From Candidatus Fermentibacterota bacterium (GTDB lineage Bacteria > Fermentibacterota > Fermentibacteria > Fermentibacterales > JCC-6): DNA of 64,000 nucleotides. Shown here in pieces: positions 16,784-26,157 of the stretch; position 1 is the first letter of the stretch, and each line of letters starts with the position of its first letter. The stretch spans positions 768,001 through 832,000 of the forward strand of contig CAWJQI010000004.1 of NCBI GenBank assembly GCA_963845085.1, given 5' to 3'. The notes below the pieces were generated by a model that made no database searches, was not told the DNA's origin, and worked only from the letters and a program-made list of their open reading frames with translations. The position numbers and the translations under genes are program-made.

Positions 16784-18330
16784 AACGGGATGTTCCCATG
16801 CTTCTTGGCGGGAATCTCCTGCCTCTTGCCCTGAAGCATCTCAAGGCTCTTGATGACCCGGAAGCGGGTTTCCCCAGGCATGATCACGGCATCGATATAG
16901 CCACGGGAGGCGGCATCGTACGGGTTTGCGAACTTGTCGCGGTACTCCTTGACCAGTTCGGCCCTCCGGGCCTCGACGTCAGTGGATGAGGCAAGCTCGT
17001 TGCGGAAGATGATGTTGACTGCGCCTTCGGGACCCATCACGGCGATCTCCGCGGAAGGCCAGGCGAAGTTGACATCGCTTCTCAGGTGCTTGGAACTCAT
17101 GACGTCGTATGCGCCGCCGTAAGCCTTTCTCGTGATCACGGTGATCTTCGGTACAGTGGCTTCGGCATATGCGTAAAGAAGCTTTGCGCCGTTGCGGATT
17201 ATGCCGCCGTACTCCTGCTTCGTCCCGGGCATGAACCCCGGAACATCCACGAAGGTGAGAAGCGGCACGTTGAATGCATCACAAAACCTCACAAAGCGGG
17301 CTGCCTTTACGCTGGCATCGATGTCAAGCACACCGGCAAGGAAGCTGGGCTGGTTGGCAACGATCCCGACCGGCTTTCCGTTCATCCTGCCGAACCCGAT
17401 TATGATGTTCTGAGCGTACGCCCTTTGTATCTCGAGGAATTCGCCGTGGTCGATCACTGCGGAGATGACCTTCCGCATGTCGTAGGGTTTGTTCGGGTTC
17501 TCCGGAACGAAATCGTCCAGCCATTCCTCGGATCTGTCCGGGGAGTCGCTGCATGGAATCGTCACGGGATCCTCCATGTTGTTCTGCGGTATGTAGCTGA
17601 AAAGCTTTCTGACAAGGAGCAGGGCTTCCCTTTCATCCTTGCAGACGATGTGGGAGACGCCGCTTCTCTGGCTGTGGACGAACGGGCCGCCCAGTTCGTC
17701 CTTCGTTACATCCTCGCCCGTAACGGCCCGAACCACGTCGGGTCCGGTGACGAACATGTAGCTGGTGTTCTCGACCATTATGGTGAAGTCGGTTATGGCC
17801 GGGCTGTAGACCGCCCCGCCGGCACAGGGGCCGAGGATGACACTGATCTGGGGCACGACGCCGGAGTACAAAACGTTCTTCAGGAAGATGTCACCGTAAC
17901 CTGCAAGGCTCTCTATCCCTTCCTGGATGCGGGCGCCGCCGGAGTCGTTGAGGCCTATCAGAGGAGCGCCGTTCTGGGCCGCCATGTCCATGACCTTCTT
18001 GATCTTTTCCGCGAAGGTCTCGGAAAGCGACCCGCCGAAAACGGTAAAATCCTGGCTGAACACGTAGACAAGCCTGCCGTCTATCGTTCCGTAGCCGGTG
18101 ACCACTCCGTCGCCCAGGTACTTCTGTTTGTCCAGCCCGAAATTGGTTGAACGATGGGTCTTGAGCATGTCGAATTCTTCAAAGCTGCCGTCATCCAGGA
18201 GGATTTCAAGCCTTTCCCGGGCGGTAAGGCTTCCCTGAGAGTGCTGCTTCTCGATCCGCTTCTCCCCGCCGCCCTGCAGGGCCAGTTCCCTGAGCTGCTG
18301 CAGTTTTACATTCCTGTCAATTGAGTCCAT
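16780..18330 (-). CDS. mmdA: Methylmalonyl-CoA decarboxylase alpha subunit (acyl-CoA carboxyltransferase)
   Basis: [46 protein letters not shown]; next to mce and the Na+-pump subunits. Confidence 0.93.
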   Translation of the reverse strand: MDSIDRNVKLQQLRELALQGGGEKRIEKQHSQGSLTARERLEILLDDGSFEEFDMLKTHRSTNFGLDKQKYLGDGVVTGYGTIDGRLVYVFSQDFTVFGGSLSETFAEKIKKVMDMAAQNGAPLIGLNDSGGARIQEGIESLAGYGDIFLKNVLYSGVVPQISVILGPCAGGAVYSPAITDFTIMVENTSYMFVTGPDVVRAVTGEDVTKDELGGPFVHSQRSGVSHIVCKDEREALLLVRKLFSYIPQNNMEDPVTIPCSDSPDRSEEWLDDFVPENPNKPYDMRKVISAVIDHGEFLEIQRAYAQNIIIGFGRMNGKPVGIVANQPSFLAGVLDIDASVKAARFVRFCDAFNVPLLTFVDVPGFMPGTKQEYGGIIRNGAKLLYAYAEATVPKITVITRKAYGGAYDVMSSKHLRSDVNFAWPSAEIAVMGPEGAVNIIFRNELASSTDVEARRAELVKEYRDKFANPYDAASRGYIDAVIMPGETRFRVIKSLEMLQGKRQEIPAKKHGNIPL

Positions 18331-18348
18331 CTATGAAGAACCCTTCCT

Positions 18349-18750
18349 TCAGTGCTGGCAGAGTTCAGTGAGAACCTTGCCGCTGGCCCTGGGGTGAATG
18401 AATGCAATTCTGGTACCGCCGGCTCCCGGTCTCGGTGTGGTGTCAATCATATTCACACCGGCTTCAACAAGCTCGTTTACCGAACCTGCGGCATCGGATA
18501 CCGAGTAGGCGATATGATGCACGCCCTGCCCTTTTGCCTCAAGGAATGCCGCTATCGGGCTGTCAGGCGCGGTCGGCTCGAGCAGCTCGATCCGGGATCC
18601 GCCCACGGCGAACATGGCGACCTTCACTTTCTGGGAAGGCACCTCCTCGATGCCAAGGAACTCGAGCCCCAGCACGTCACGGTAGAAGACGGCCGCCTCC
18701 TCGAGGTTCGGAACGGCTATGCCGATGTGGTCAATTCTGTTGATCTTCAT
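18349..18750 (-). CDS. mce: Methylmalonyl-CoA epimerase
   Basis: IDHIGIAV, IELLEP, GVHHIAY, IAFIHP, LTELC (VOC fold); ATG at 18750. Confidence 0.95.
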   Translation of the reverse strand: MKINRIDHIGIAVPNLEEAAVFYRDVLGLEFLGIEEVPSQKVKVAMFAVGGSRIELLEPTAPDSPIAAFLEAKGQGVHHIAYSVSDAAGSVNELVEAGVNMIDTTPRPGAGGTRIAFIHPRASGKVLTELCQH

Positions 18751-19699
18751 TGCAGCCAATCATCCTTTCAGCGATGAGGGCAAGCTTTCGACCGATCTCG
18801 TACGGAGTGGCCGCCCCGCCGGATATTTCGTCGAGAATGCTCTCCACCGGGCCAAACTCTTTTTCAAGCAGCATCTCCGCAAATCGGGCGCCGTTCTCCG
18901 CAACCACCCCGTGAAGTATCCTTCTTGTGTTCTCAAGCCGCCGCGTACCCGGGTCGATCGCGGAGAGAAGGCTGTCCATGATTTCCCACAGCCCTTCCAG
19001 CCCCTCTCCTGAAACCGAGGATACCCTCACCACCTTCGGGCGGGGTCTGCCCCGTGGCACAAGCTCAAGAGAAGCGGAAACAGCGCTTTCAAGCTGATCC
19101 ATCCCAGGCCGGTCCGCCTTGTTGAGAACAATGAGGTCGCCAATCTCCATGATGCCCGCCTTCATGGCCTGAACCTCGTCACCGGCCCCCGGTACCAGAA
19201 CAAGAACGGTAAGGTCGGCAACTTCGGCGATCTCGACCTCGGCCTGACCGACCCCGACAGTCTCAATAAAAACGGGGTCGAAACCCGCCGCCGCCATTAC
19301 AAGCGCAGCATCGCGTGTGGCACCGGAAAGCCCGCCGAGGTGCCCCCTGCTGCCCATGCTTCTGATGAATACGCCAGGGTCGGTGGCATGGGACTGCATC
19401 CGCAGCCTGTCACCAAGGAGCGCCCCCCCTGTGAAGGGGGAGGAAGGGTCAACAGCGATCACACCAACCCTTGCGCCCCCGGCGCGAAAACGGGTGATCA
19501 TCCTGTCGAGAAGCGTGCTCTTGCCGGCACCGGGAGGGCCTGTCACTCCTATCACGCGATGGAAGGGAACGCGCTGAAAGAGGGAATGAAGGAGTTCGAC
19601 AGCCTGGGGCAAGCCGTTCTCGACCATGCTGAGCCCCCGCGCAACCGCACGCACCTCACACCTGATGATTGCCTCTGCAAGGGCGTAAACGGAAGGCAT
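18731..19699 (-). CDS. meaB: Methylmalonyl-CoA mutase-associated GTPase MeaB/ArgK
   Basis: GVTGPPGAGKST, AVDPSSPFTGGALLGDRLRM, ETVGVGQ, KAGIMEI, NKAD; ATG at 19699. Confidence 0.95.
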   Translation of the reverse strand: MPSVYALAEAIIRCEVRAVARGLSMVENGLPQAVELLHSLFQRVPFHRVIGVTGPPGAGKSTLLDRMITRFRAGGARVGVIAVDPSSPFTGGALLGDRLRMQSHATDPGVFIRSMGSRGHLGGLSGATRDAALVMAAAGFDPVFIETVGVGQAEVEIAEVADLTVLVLVPGAGDEVQAMKAGIMEIGDLIVLNKADRPGMDQLESAVSASLELVPRGRPRPKVVRVSSVSGEGLEGLWEIMDSLLSAIDPGTRRLENTRRILHGVVAENGARFAEMLLEKEFGPVESILDEISGGAATPYEIGRKLALIAERMIGCNEDQQN

Positions 19700-19703
19700 C
19701 GAA

Positions 19704-20105
19704 TCAGCTTCTGTTCTTCTGTTCGGCCTCGATGAAGGAAACGACGTCGGATGCGGGAGTGCCGGGCGTGAAAATGGCCTTGAAGCCTGCTTCTTTAAGA
19801 CCGGGAATGTCCTCTTCCGGGATAACGCCGCCACCGAACAGAACGATGTCGCCCGCACCCTTTTCCTTCAGAATGCGCGCAACCTCGGGGAACAGGTGAT
19901 TGTGGGCCCCCGAGAGAAGGGAAAGCCCAACGAAATCAACATCCTCCTGAACGGCCGCATCCGCAATAGCTTCCGGCGTCTGGCGGATGCCAGTGTAAAT
20001 CACTTCCATGCCGGCATCCCGAAGCGCCCGCGCGATGTACTTGGCTCCCCTGTCATGCCCGTCAAGGCCGGGTTTGCCGATAAGAACCCTTATCCTGCGA
20101 TCCAT
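19704..20105 (-). CDS. Stand-alone cobalamin-binding subunit of methylmalonyl-CoA (acyl-CoA) mutase
   Basis: [12 protein letters not shown] (DxHxxG), SLLSGAH, GGVIP, FTPGT; ATG at 20105 with GAGG RBS. Confidence 0.93.
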   Translation of the reverse strand: MDRRIRVLIGKPGLDGHDRGAKYIARALRDAGMEVIYTGIRQTPEAIADAAVQEDVDFVGLSLLSGAHNHLFPEVARILKEKGAGDIVLFGGGVIPEEDIPGLKEAGFKAIFTPGTPASDVVSFIEAEQKNRS

Positions 20106-20285
20106 GGATGCCTCTTTTCGATTGTGGGGAGTTTCCGCTCCGGAAGGTTTCCGTATAATGCATAATATCTTCAAAGCCGGCTTTTCTGTAAAGTTGCCGC
20201 CCTTTTTCAAAACTGGCCGGGGAACAATATTACCGGCGTATCGGTACTCTCTGATCGTGCCACAAATGAAAAGGATTGGTTTAGA

Positions 20286-20750
20286 ATGAAGTATGCAGCG
20301 ATGCTTGCAGTGTTTGCCTCGTCCATGGCTTTTGCGGTTGTCGCGCCGGAATCGGTCGCAGGCTATCTCGACCAGATCAACGCCACTTACGAGCAGGAGG
20401 GTGATGTATTCTTCATCACTCAGACCGATGAGACGACAGGCGATGCATATGCCATTTTCTACATCGAGGTGAATGCGGAGATGGAAGCCTGCTTCATGGC
20501 CGGCCCAACCCCGGGAGTCGTGCCGTCAGAGGGAGCGGGAAGGCTTGCCGCCCTTGAGCTCATGAGCGACCTGAACAGCTCGTATCCCTTTGTGAAGTTC
20601 GAAGCCGATCCCTCGACGGGCGAGATCATGTGCACCTACACCTTCAGCACCGAGAACGGCATGGGTTTTGAAGCTTTCGCAGCGATGGTGAGCGTTATTT
20701 TCAGCACGATCGAGGAAACGGCAGACCAGTTCATTGCCCTGAGGCAGTAG
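20286..20750 (+). CDS. Secreted YbjN-like (T3SS-chaperone-fold) protein
   Basis: Signal peptide ending [27 protein letters not shown] resembles the YbjN signature. Confidence 0.55.
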   Translation: MKYAAMLAVFASSMAFAVVAPESVAGYLDQINATYEQEGDVFFITQTDETTGDAYAIFYIEVNAEMEACFMAGPTPGVVPSEGAGRLAALELMSDLNSSYPFVKFEADPSTGEIMCTYTFSTENGMGFEAFAAMVSVIFSTIEETADQFIALRQ

Positions 20751-20775
20751 GGCCCGGGGGGGCACAGGGGGGAAA

Positions 20776-21810
20776 ATGTACGGCAGTATAGCGATATGCT
20801 CCGGCAGGGCCAGCACCGGGTTGTGCCGAAGTGTCTGCAGGATTCTTGGCATCGAACCTGAACCCGTCGAGTTTCACCAGTTCTCCAACGGCAACATGAT
20901 GGTGAACTTTCCGGGCGGCACGGTGAGGGAAAAGGATGTTTTCATAATCCAGTCCGGAGAGCGCTCGATCCTGCAGGACAAGACGGATTCCTACAGGACC
21001 GTGTCGGGTGACATCCTCGAGATGCTTCAGATGATCAGTGCCCTGAAGGACAGCGCAGGAAGGCTCACGGCGGTGACCCCGTACTTCCCGTACGCCCGAA
21101 GCGACAAGAAGGACAAACCCCGCATCGCGATCACCTCGAAGATGATGTTCGACCTCATCGCTGCGGTTGGCGCCCACCGTGTGCTCGCCATGACCCTTCA
21201 CTGCCCCCAGAGCCAGGGTTTCAGCAATATCCCCGTCGACCAGCTGCATGCCTACACGGTTTTCATCAATCGGATACTCGGCATGGGAAATGAAAAGCTC
21301 GCTTTCATTGCGCCCGACTCGGGCAGCATTCTCGACAACGATTTTCTCGCCCTGCACGCCGCCAAGGGCATAAGGGATGCGGGAGGATCCCCCGACATCA
21401 CCACCGGTTACGTAAAAAAGGTGAGGGTCGACGACAGCGAGAAGCCCCTTGTCAGAACGGTCGAGGGTGTTGACGATCTGAGTGACAGAACGGTGATCAT
21501 GAGCGATGACGAGATCCTCAGCGGTCGAAGCCTCATCCTCTGCGCCGAGACGGCCAAGTCAAAAGGCGCCCGTGAGATATATGCGTTCAGCACACATGCC
21601 ATCCTGAGCGGGGATGCAGTGAAGAGCATCGAGGCAAGCCCGATCACAAGGCTTTACATCACCGACACAGTCGAGTTCAACAAGGAGGAGGCCGAGAAGG
21701 TCAACGGAGGCCCTCTCTCCAAGATTGAAACCCTCTCGGTGGCACACATTTTTGCCGAGGCCATCAAAAGGATCCACCAGGGCAGAAGCCTCAGCTCGCT
21801 TTACCTCTGA
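20776..21810 (+). CDS. prs: Ribose-phosphate pyrophosphokinase (divergent)
   Basis: PYFPYARSDK, LH.PQ.QGF, APD.G, PRTase loop SDDEILSGRSL, THAILSG, ITDT, LSVA..FAEAI..IH.G.S.SSL. Confidence 0.85.
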   Translation: MYGSIAICSGRASTGLCRSVCRILGIEPEPVEFHQFSNGNMMVNFPGGTVREKDVFIIQSGERSILQDKTDSYRTVSGDILEMLQMISALKDSAGRLTAVTPYFPYARSDKKDKPRIAITSKMMFDLIAAVGAHRVLAMTLHCPQSQGFSNIPVDQLHAYTVFINRILGMGNEKLAFIAPDSGSILDNDFLALHAAKGIRDAGGSPDITTGYVKKVRVDDSEKPLVRTVEGVDDLSDRTVIMSDDEILSGRSLILCAETAKSKGAREIYAFSTHAILSGDAVKSIEASPITRLYITDTVEFNKEEAEKVNGGPLSKIETLSVAHIFAEAIKRIHQGRSLSSLYL

Positions 21811-22157
21811 TGAAAAGGCTCGACTTCGATGATCACAGCGATCAAAGGGGCTTTGTTGTAAACCCTTTCGAAGGGTTGTGCGACACGGGGTGTGTGACGA
21901 ACTGCCACGCCTTTTCAATCCACCCCGGCTGCCTTCGCGGAGGACACGCCCACGGTGACAGGAACGAGAAGGTCCTTGTCCTCTCGGGGGGTATTGCAGT
22001 CGTCACGGAAGGGCTCGAGGAGTGTTTCCATGCGCCGGCGTTCTTCGAGATCGGCCCGGGTGAACACCACAGCTTCCGGTGCCTCGGCGACCTGCCGGCA
22101 GCGGTTCTCTGCTGGAGCGACAGCTTCCCTGATCTGCCGGATCAGCTCTCGGGATAA
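21810..22157 (+). CDS. WxcM/FdtA-like cupin protein
   Basis: HSDQRG, PG.LRGGHAH, E and H..F; TGATG-coupled to prs. Confidence 0.7.
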   Translation: MKRLDFDDHSDQRGFVVNPFEGLCDTGCVTNCHAFSIHPGCLRGGHAHGDRNEKVLVLSGGIAVVTEGLEECFHAPAFFEIGPGEHHSFRCLGDLPAAVLCWSDSFPDLPDQLSG

Positions 22158-23311
22158 GCGTTCCTGATGTCCCACAGCTCCTGAACCATCGACAGGAACG
22201 GCTCCTTCAACCCCGGGTCGAACTTCCTTCCGAACAGGGGTCTCATCGTTTCGACGGTTCTGTACAGGTCCCAGGGATCCTTGTAGCACCGCCGGCTTCC
22301 CAGGGCATCGAAAACGTCGGCCACGGCAGTTATTCGTGCCCAGAAGGAGATGCCCTCCTTCGAGTCACCCCCCGGGTAACCCGTGCCGTCCCAGTTCTCG
22401 TGGTGTCCGATGGCAATATCCCTTGCCATCTCGTCAAAGGATGTTTCGCACTTGTCCAGTATGCCCGCACCTATCGTACAATGACTCTCCATTATCAGGC
22501 GTTCGTCCCTGGTGAGCGGCCCCGGTTTCTTGAGAATGCTGTCGGCTATGCCCACTTTTCCCACGTCATGAAGCATGGCGGCCATCCGTAGAACATCCCT
22601 GTTTTCCGCCCTTTCCGCTTCGGGAACCGCATTTCGAGAAGCCCATGAGTCGTAGAGTGAGAGGGCGTACGCCCCCACCCTGTTGACATGGGGGCCGGTT
22701 TCCCTTGGATCCCGCAGCTCGGCCATGTTTATCATCCTCAGCAGAAGCGTCCGTGTCATCATAGCTCGCTCGAGGGCAATCGCGGCCATGGTGGCGAAGT
22801 GACGGGCGAACAGGATCACATCCCCTTCGAATGTCACGGGGTTGCCGCCGCCGTCCAGTGAATTGATCAGCTGAAGAACCCCCACTATTTTGTGCCTGGT
22901 GTTGCACAGCGGAAGGGTGAGGCTGGAAACGGTACGGTAGCCCGCGGCTTTGTCGTACTGGTTGTCAAATTGGTACGGGGAATCTACGGGTATTCTGCCC
23001 ACGTCAGGGATGGACAGCATTTCGCCGGTTGCCGCCACAAAGCCCGCCATGCTGCGGGTGTTTATCGGAACCGTGAAGCGCGTGTAGGGGATTCTTTCGC
23101 CCCTGGCGACAAGGGTGTCGTTCTGGGCGTGCCTGAAGTACAGCGTGTTCCCCTCGCGGGTGTAAACCGAACCGGCGTCGGCCCTCGTGGCCAGCCTGGC
23201 CTCGAGGAGGACCTTCTCAAGCAGCACGTCTATGTCCCCGATGTCGTTCAGAACGCTGTCAACCTGAAGAACGCCGTGCAGCCTGTCCTGCCCCTCCCCG
23301 GGTTCCATCAT
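22142..23311 (-). CDS. GAF + HD-GYP cyclic-dinucleotide phosphodiesterase
   Basis: GAF (ADAGSVY...YRT.S.LTLPL...VGVLQLIN); ETGPHVNRV, HDVGK, HHENWDGTGYP, ADVFDAL, R.YK. Confidence 0.93.
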   Translation of the reverse strand: MMEPGEGQDRLHGVLQVDSVLNDIGDIDVLLEKVLLEARLATRADAGSVYTREGNTLYFRHAQNDTLVARGERIPYTRFTVPINTRSMAGFVAATGEMLSIPDVGRIPVDSPYQFDNQYDKAAGYRTVSSLTLPLCNTRHKIVGVLQLINSLDGGGNPVTFEGDVILFARHFATMAAIALERAMMTRTLLLRMINMAELRDPRETGPHVNRVGAYALSLYDSWASRNAVPEAERAENRDVLRMAAMLHDVGKVGIADSILKKPGPLTRDERLIMESHCTIGAGILDKCETSFDEMARDIAIGHHENWDGTGYPGGDSKEGISFWARITAVADVFDALGSRRCYKDPWDLYRTVETMRPLFGRKFDPGLKEPFLSMVQELWDIRNAYPES

Positions 23312-25224
23312 CCCTCCTCCAGCACTTCCCTGATCCGCGCCGCAAGCTCCGATGTGCTGTACGGTTTCGGGATGAAATTGATGCCCTTCTCCAGCACTCC
23401 CTGCCTCGCGATAATGTCTTCGGAATAGCCGGAGGTGAAAAGAACCTTCATCGCCGGCCTCTCCTTCTTCAGGTTCCCGGCAAGAGCCCTTCCGCCGAGA
23501 ACGGGCATCACCACATCAACGAGAAGAAGCTGAATGTCACCGTGGAACTCCCTTGAGAGCTCCTGCGCCTGCAAACCTCCCGCAGCGGACAACACCTTGT
23601 AGCCAAGGCTTGCCAGAGCCTTCTCAGCGATGGATCTGACCATGTCGTCATCCTCGACGAGCAGCACTGTCTCGCTGCCGCCCCTGTTGACAGGAAGAGC
23701 GAAGGCGGAGTCGCCCTCGTCCAACCCCCGGGGCACCCTGGGAAGAAGTACCCTGAAGATGGAGCCCTCGCCGGGAGCACTGCTCACCATCACGTGTCCG
23801 TGATGCTGGCGGACGATTCCGAAAACCGTCGACAGCCCCAATCCGGTTCCCTCACCGGTTTTTTTCGTCGTGAAAAATGGTTCGAAGATCCTGTCCCGTG
23901 TGGCTTCGTCCATTCCGCAGCCGTCGTCCCGTACGAAAAGCTCGTAGAACCCGTCCCTGGATAGCTCTTCCATTTCCTCACCGGTCTGATCCGGAAGCGT
24001 CTCGGGAACACCCGTGCCGATGGTGATGCATCCCCCCGGCGACACGGCGTCCCTGGCATTCACAACGAGGTTGATGACCACCTGTTCAAGTTGACCGGGG
24101 TCGACCAGCACGAATCCCGCGTTCTCATCGAGCTTCCAGATCAGGTTGACATCGTCTCCGAGAATACGGCCTATCATCCGGTCCAACTCGCCCAGGGCCC
24201 TGTTCAGGTCGACCGGTTTCGGCTCGATGATCTGCTTTCTGCTGAAGGCGAGAAGCTGCCTTGTGAGCCTTGCCGCCTTTTCCCCCGCCTTGACTATGTC
24301 TTCAAGTGCATGGTTTATCTCGGGTGAGCCGGGCGGTTCGCCGGCCGCCATCGATGCATTGCCGATGATTGCCGTGAGCAGGTTGTTGAAATCGTGGGCA
24401 ATACCGCCTGCAAGCCTCCCCACGGTTTCCATCCTCTCGGCATGCCTCAGCCTGGCTTCAAGCGCGTCCTTCTCCCTGCTCAGGTTCTCGATCCGCTGCA
24501 TTTCGTCCCTGAGAACCTGGTTGGCGTGAAGAAGCTCCCGGGTCCTCTCCCCGATGCGCGTTTCAAGGTTCCTGTTCGAGGCTGCCACCATTGCCTTCTC
24601 AAGGGAAAGGCTCCACTGGAGGGCAAAGTTCTGCCTTTTGACCGACTCGAGCCTGCGGCAGGCAACCATTCCGATGATGCTCATGCTTGTGAAGAAGAAA
24701 CTGTTCAGAACCGATATCTCCGCGGGCGACGGTACCAGCACATGGTTGATGGCTATGAAGCCTGCGAATATCAGCACCCATCCCAGAAATGCCCAGAACA
24801 GCCGCAACCCGGGAAAGATGAAAAGGCTTATCACGACAAGCAGAAGCCCGGAATGGTACGAGGTGCGGATGACGCTGTTTCCGGAGACGATCATGGCCAT
24901 GATGCCGGAGGCACCCAGAACCATCATGAACGCGATGACAGGCTGGTGCACCCTCTCGAACCAGCGCGCAGGGCTGATCAGGAAGAACAGAAGAACGAAC
25001 GGCATTACGATTGCGAACCTGATCAACAGAAATTCGCCTGCGCTTCCCGGGTCGACATGTTGGTCGAGAAACGCGAACATGCCGTACAACCCGGCAAGAA
25101 CAGCCATGAAGGCCCTGATTCTGGGAAGCGACCTTCGGAAGTCATCCGCCCGGAACTGCTTCTCCACCGGCCTCCACTCCCCGGTGAAGTCCAGTGTGAG
25201 GGGATGTAACCGAAGCGGCTGCAT
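23308..25224 (-). CDS. Hybrid sensor histidine kinase/receiver with a 6-TM N-terminal module
   Basis: AGGIAHDFNNLL H-box, NLVVNARDA, DDGCGM, FEPFFTTK, GTGLGL; C-terminal REC (LLVEDD, DVVMP, KPY). Confidence 0.94.
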   Translation of the reverse strand: MQPLRLHPLTLDFTGEWRPVEKQFRADDFRRSLPRIRAFMAVLAGLYGMFAFLDQHVDPGSAGEFLLIRFAIVMPFVLLFFLISPARWFERVHQPVIAFMMVLGASGIMAMIVSGNSVIRTSYHSGLLLVVISLFIFPGLRLFWAFLGWVLIFAGFIAINHVLVPSPAEISVLNSFFFTSMSIIGMVACRRLESVKRQNFALQWSLSLEKAMVAASNRNLETRIGERTRELLHANQVLRDEMQRIENLSREKDALEARLRHAERMETVGRLAGGIAHDFNNLLTAIIGNASMAAGEPPGSPEINHALEDIVKAGEKAARLTRQLLAFSRKQIIEPKPVDLNRALGELDRMIGRILGDDVNLIWKLDENAGFVLVDPGQLEQVVINLVVNARDAVSPGGCITIGTGVPETLPDQTGEEMEELSRDGFYELFVRDDGCGMDEATRDRIFEPFFTTKKTGEGTGLGLSTVFGIVRQHHGHVMVSSAPGEGSIFRVLLPRVPRGLDEGDSAFALPVNRGGSETVLLVEDDDMVRSIAEKALASLGYKVLSAAGGLQAQELSREFHGDIQLLLVDVVMPVLGGRALAGNLKKERPAMKVLFTSGYSEDIIARQGVLEKGINFIPKPYSTSELAARIREVLEEG

Positions 25225-25237
25225 CAGCCTGTCGCTC

Positions 25238-25561
25238 TCACCCTTCCATCTCCCTGGGGTGAGGGGTCTTCACGACAAGGAACGTTGCACCGGACCCCGA
25301 GTCGTTGACAATCCGCATCGCCGTTCTGAAGGCAACCGGCAGCAGATCGCCCGCCGACATCTCCGTCTTGACCCCGTCAAGCTCCACCTGCACGGTTCCC
25401 GCGAGCACAAGCAGGTGAACGTTGGAGTTCGCCTTGTGAAGGGGAACCTCCTGCCCCGGAAGCAGCGCGATCTGCATCAGAAGCAGATGACTCTGGTCGA
25501 CCAGCGCGCTTCTGCCGAAGCCTTCGCTTTCGTACGGGGCTTCGGAAACAAGGTTCTTCAC
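25238..25561 (-). CDS. Small cupin domain protein
   Basis: LLPGQEVPLH..N..V.L.VLAG.V cupin strand pattern; 4-nt overlap with iorB. Confidence 0.75.
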   Translation of the reverse strand: MKNLVSEAPYESEGFGRSALVDQSHLLLMQIALLPGQEVPLHKANSNVHLLVLAGTVQVELDGVKTEMSAGDLLPVAFRTAMRIVNDSGSGATFLVVKTPHPREMEG

Positions 25562-26157
25562 TTTTCCTCCTTCGACAGGTGGGGGACCGCCCTGCCCCGG
25601 CGAAACGCCTCGATGTTGACGGCAAGGGCCTTCTGAGGAACGCGCTCTTCGATCGCCCGTTCCCAGTCCGGCACGGCAATGCTCGCGATGAGAGCCGATG
25701 CGGCGCCAAGCAGGGCCACGTTGACCACCTTGAAGTTGTCGAGCTCCCTTGCTATTGAAAGCACGGGGACTTCAGTGCAGGGAATGCCGCGATCGTGAAT
25801 GATCGCGTCCACATCGGGGTACTCCGCGGATCCGGTGTTGACAGTCATCGGGTTGATCCGGATGTCGGCCGATACAAGCCTTCCCGTCGGGGAAAGAAAG
25901 TGCGCCCAGCGAAGCCCCTCCATTTTTTCGAGAGCGATCACCATGTCGGCGGTTCCCTGTTCCACGAGAACGCTGTAAACCTTCCGGCCGAAGCGGACAT
26001 GGCTGGACACGCTTCCGCCGCGCTGCGCCATACCGTGAACTTCGCTCTTCTTCACATCGAAACCGCTGTAGCAGGCGGCTGCGCAAATGACCTCGCTGGC
26101 GAGCAGTATCCCCTGACCACCGGTTCCGCAAAGGATGATGTTCGTAGTTCCATCCAT
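25558..26157 (-). CDS. iorB: Indolepyruvate ferredoxin oxidoreductase beta subunit
   Basis: GTGGQGILLAS, SEVHGMAQRGGSVSSHVR, NVALLG, NIEAFRRG; ATG at 26157 overlaps the iorA TGA. Confidence 0.94.
   Translation of the reverse strand: MDGTTNIILCGTGGQGILLASEVICAAACYSGFDVKKSEVHGMAQRGGSVSSHVRFGRKVYSVLVEQGTADMVIALEKMEGLRWAHFLSPTGRLVSADIRINPMTVNTGSAEYPDVDAIIHDRGIPCTEVPVLSIARELDNFKVVNVALLGAASALIASIAVPDWERAIEERVPQKALAVNIEAFRRGRAVPHLSKEEK

Noticed and set aside
20106..20285. Cobalamin riboswitch upstream of the B12-binding gene; AAAGCCGGCTTT palindrome at 20173-20184
   Set aside because: No B12-box or conserved core was recognised in this short divergent gap, and a single 12-bp palindrome is not enough to call an operator.
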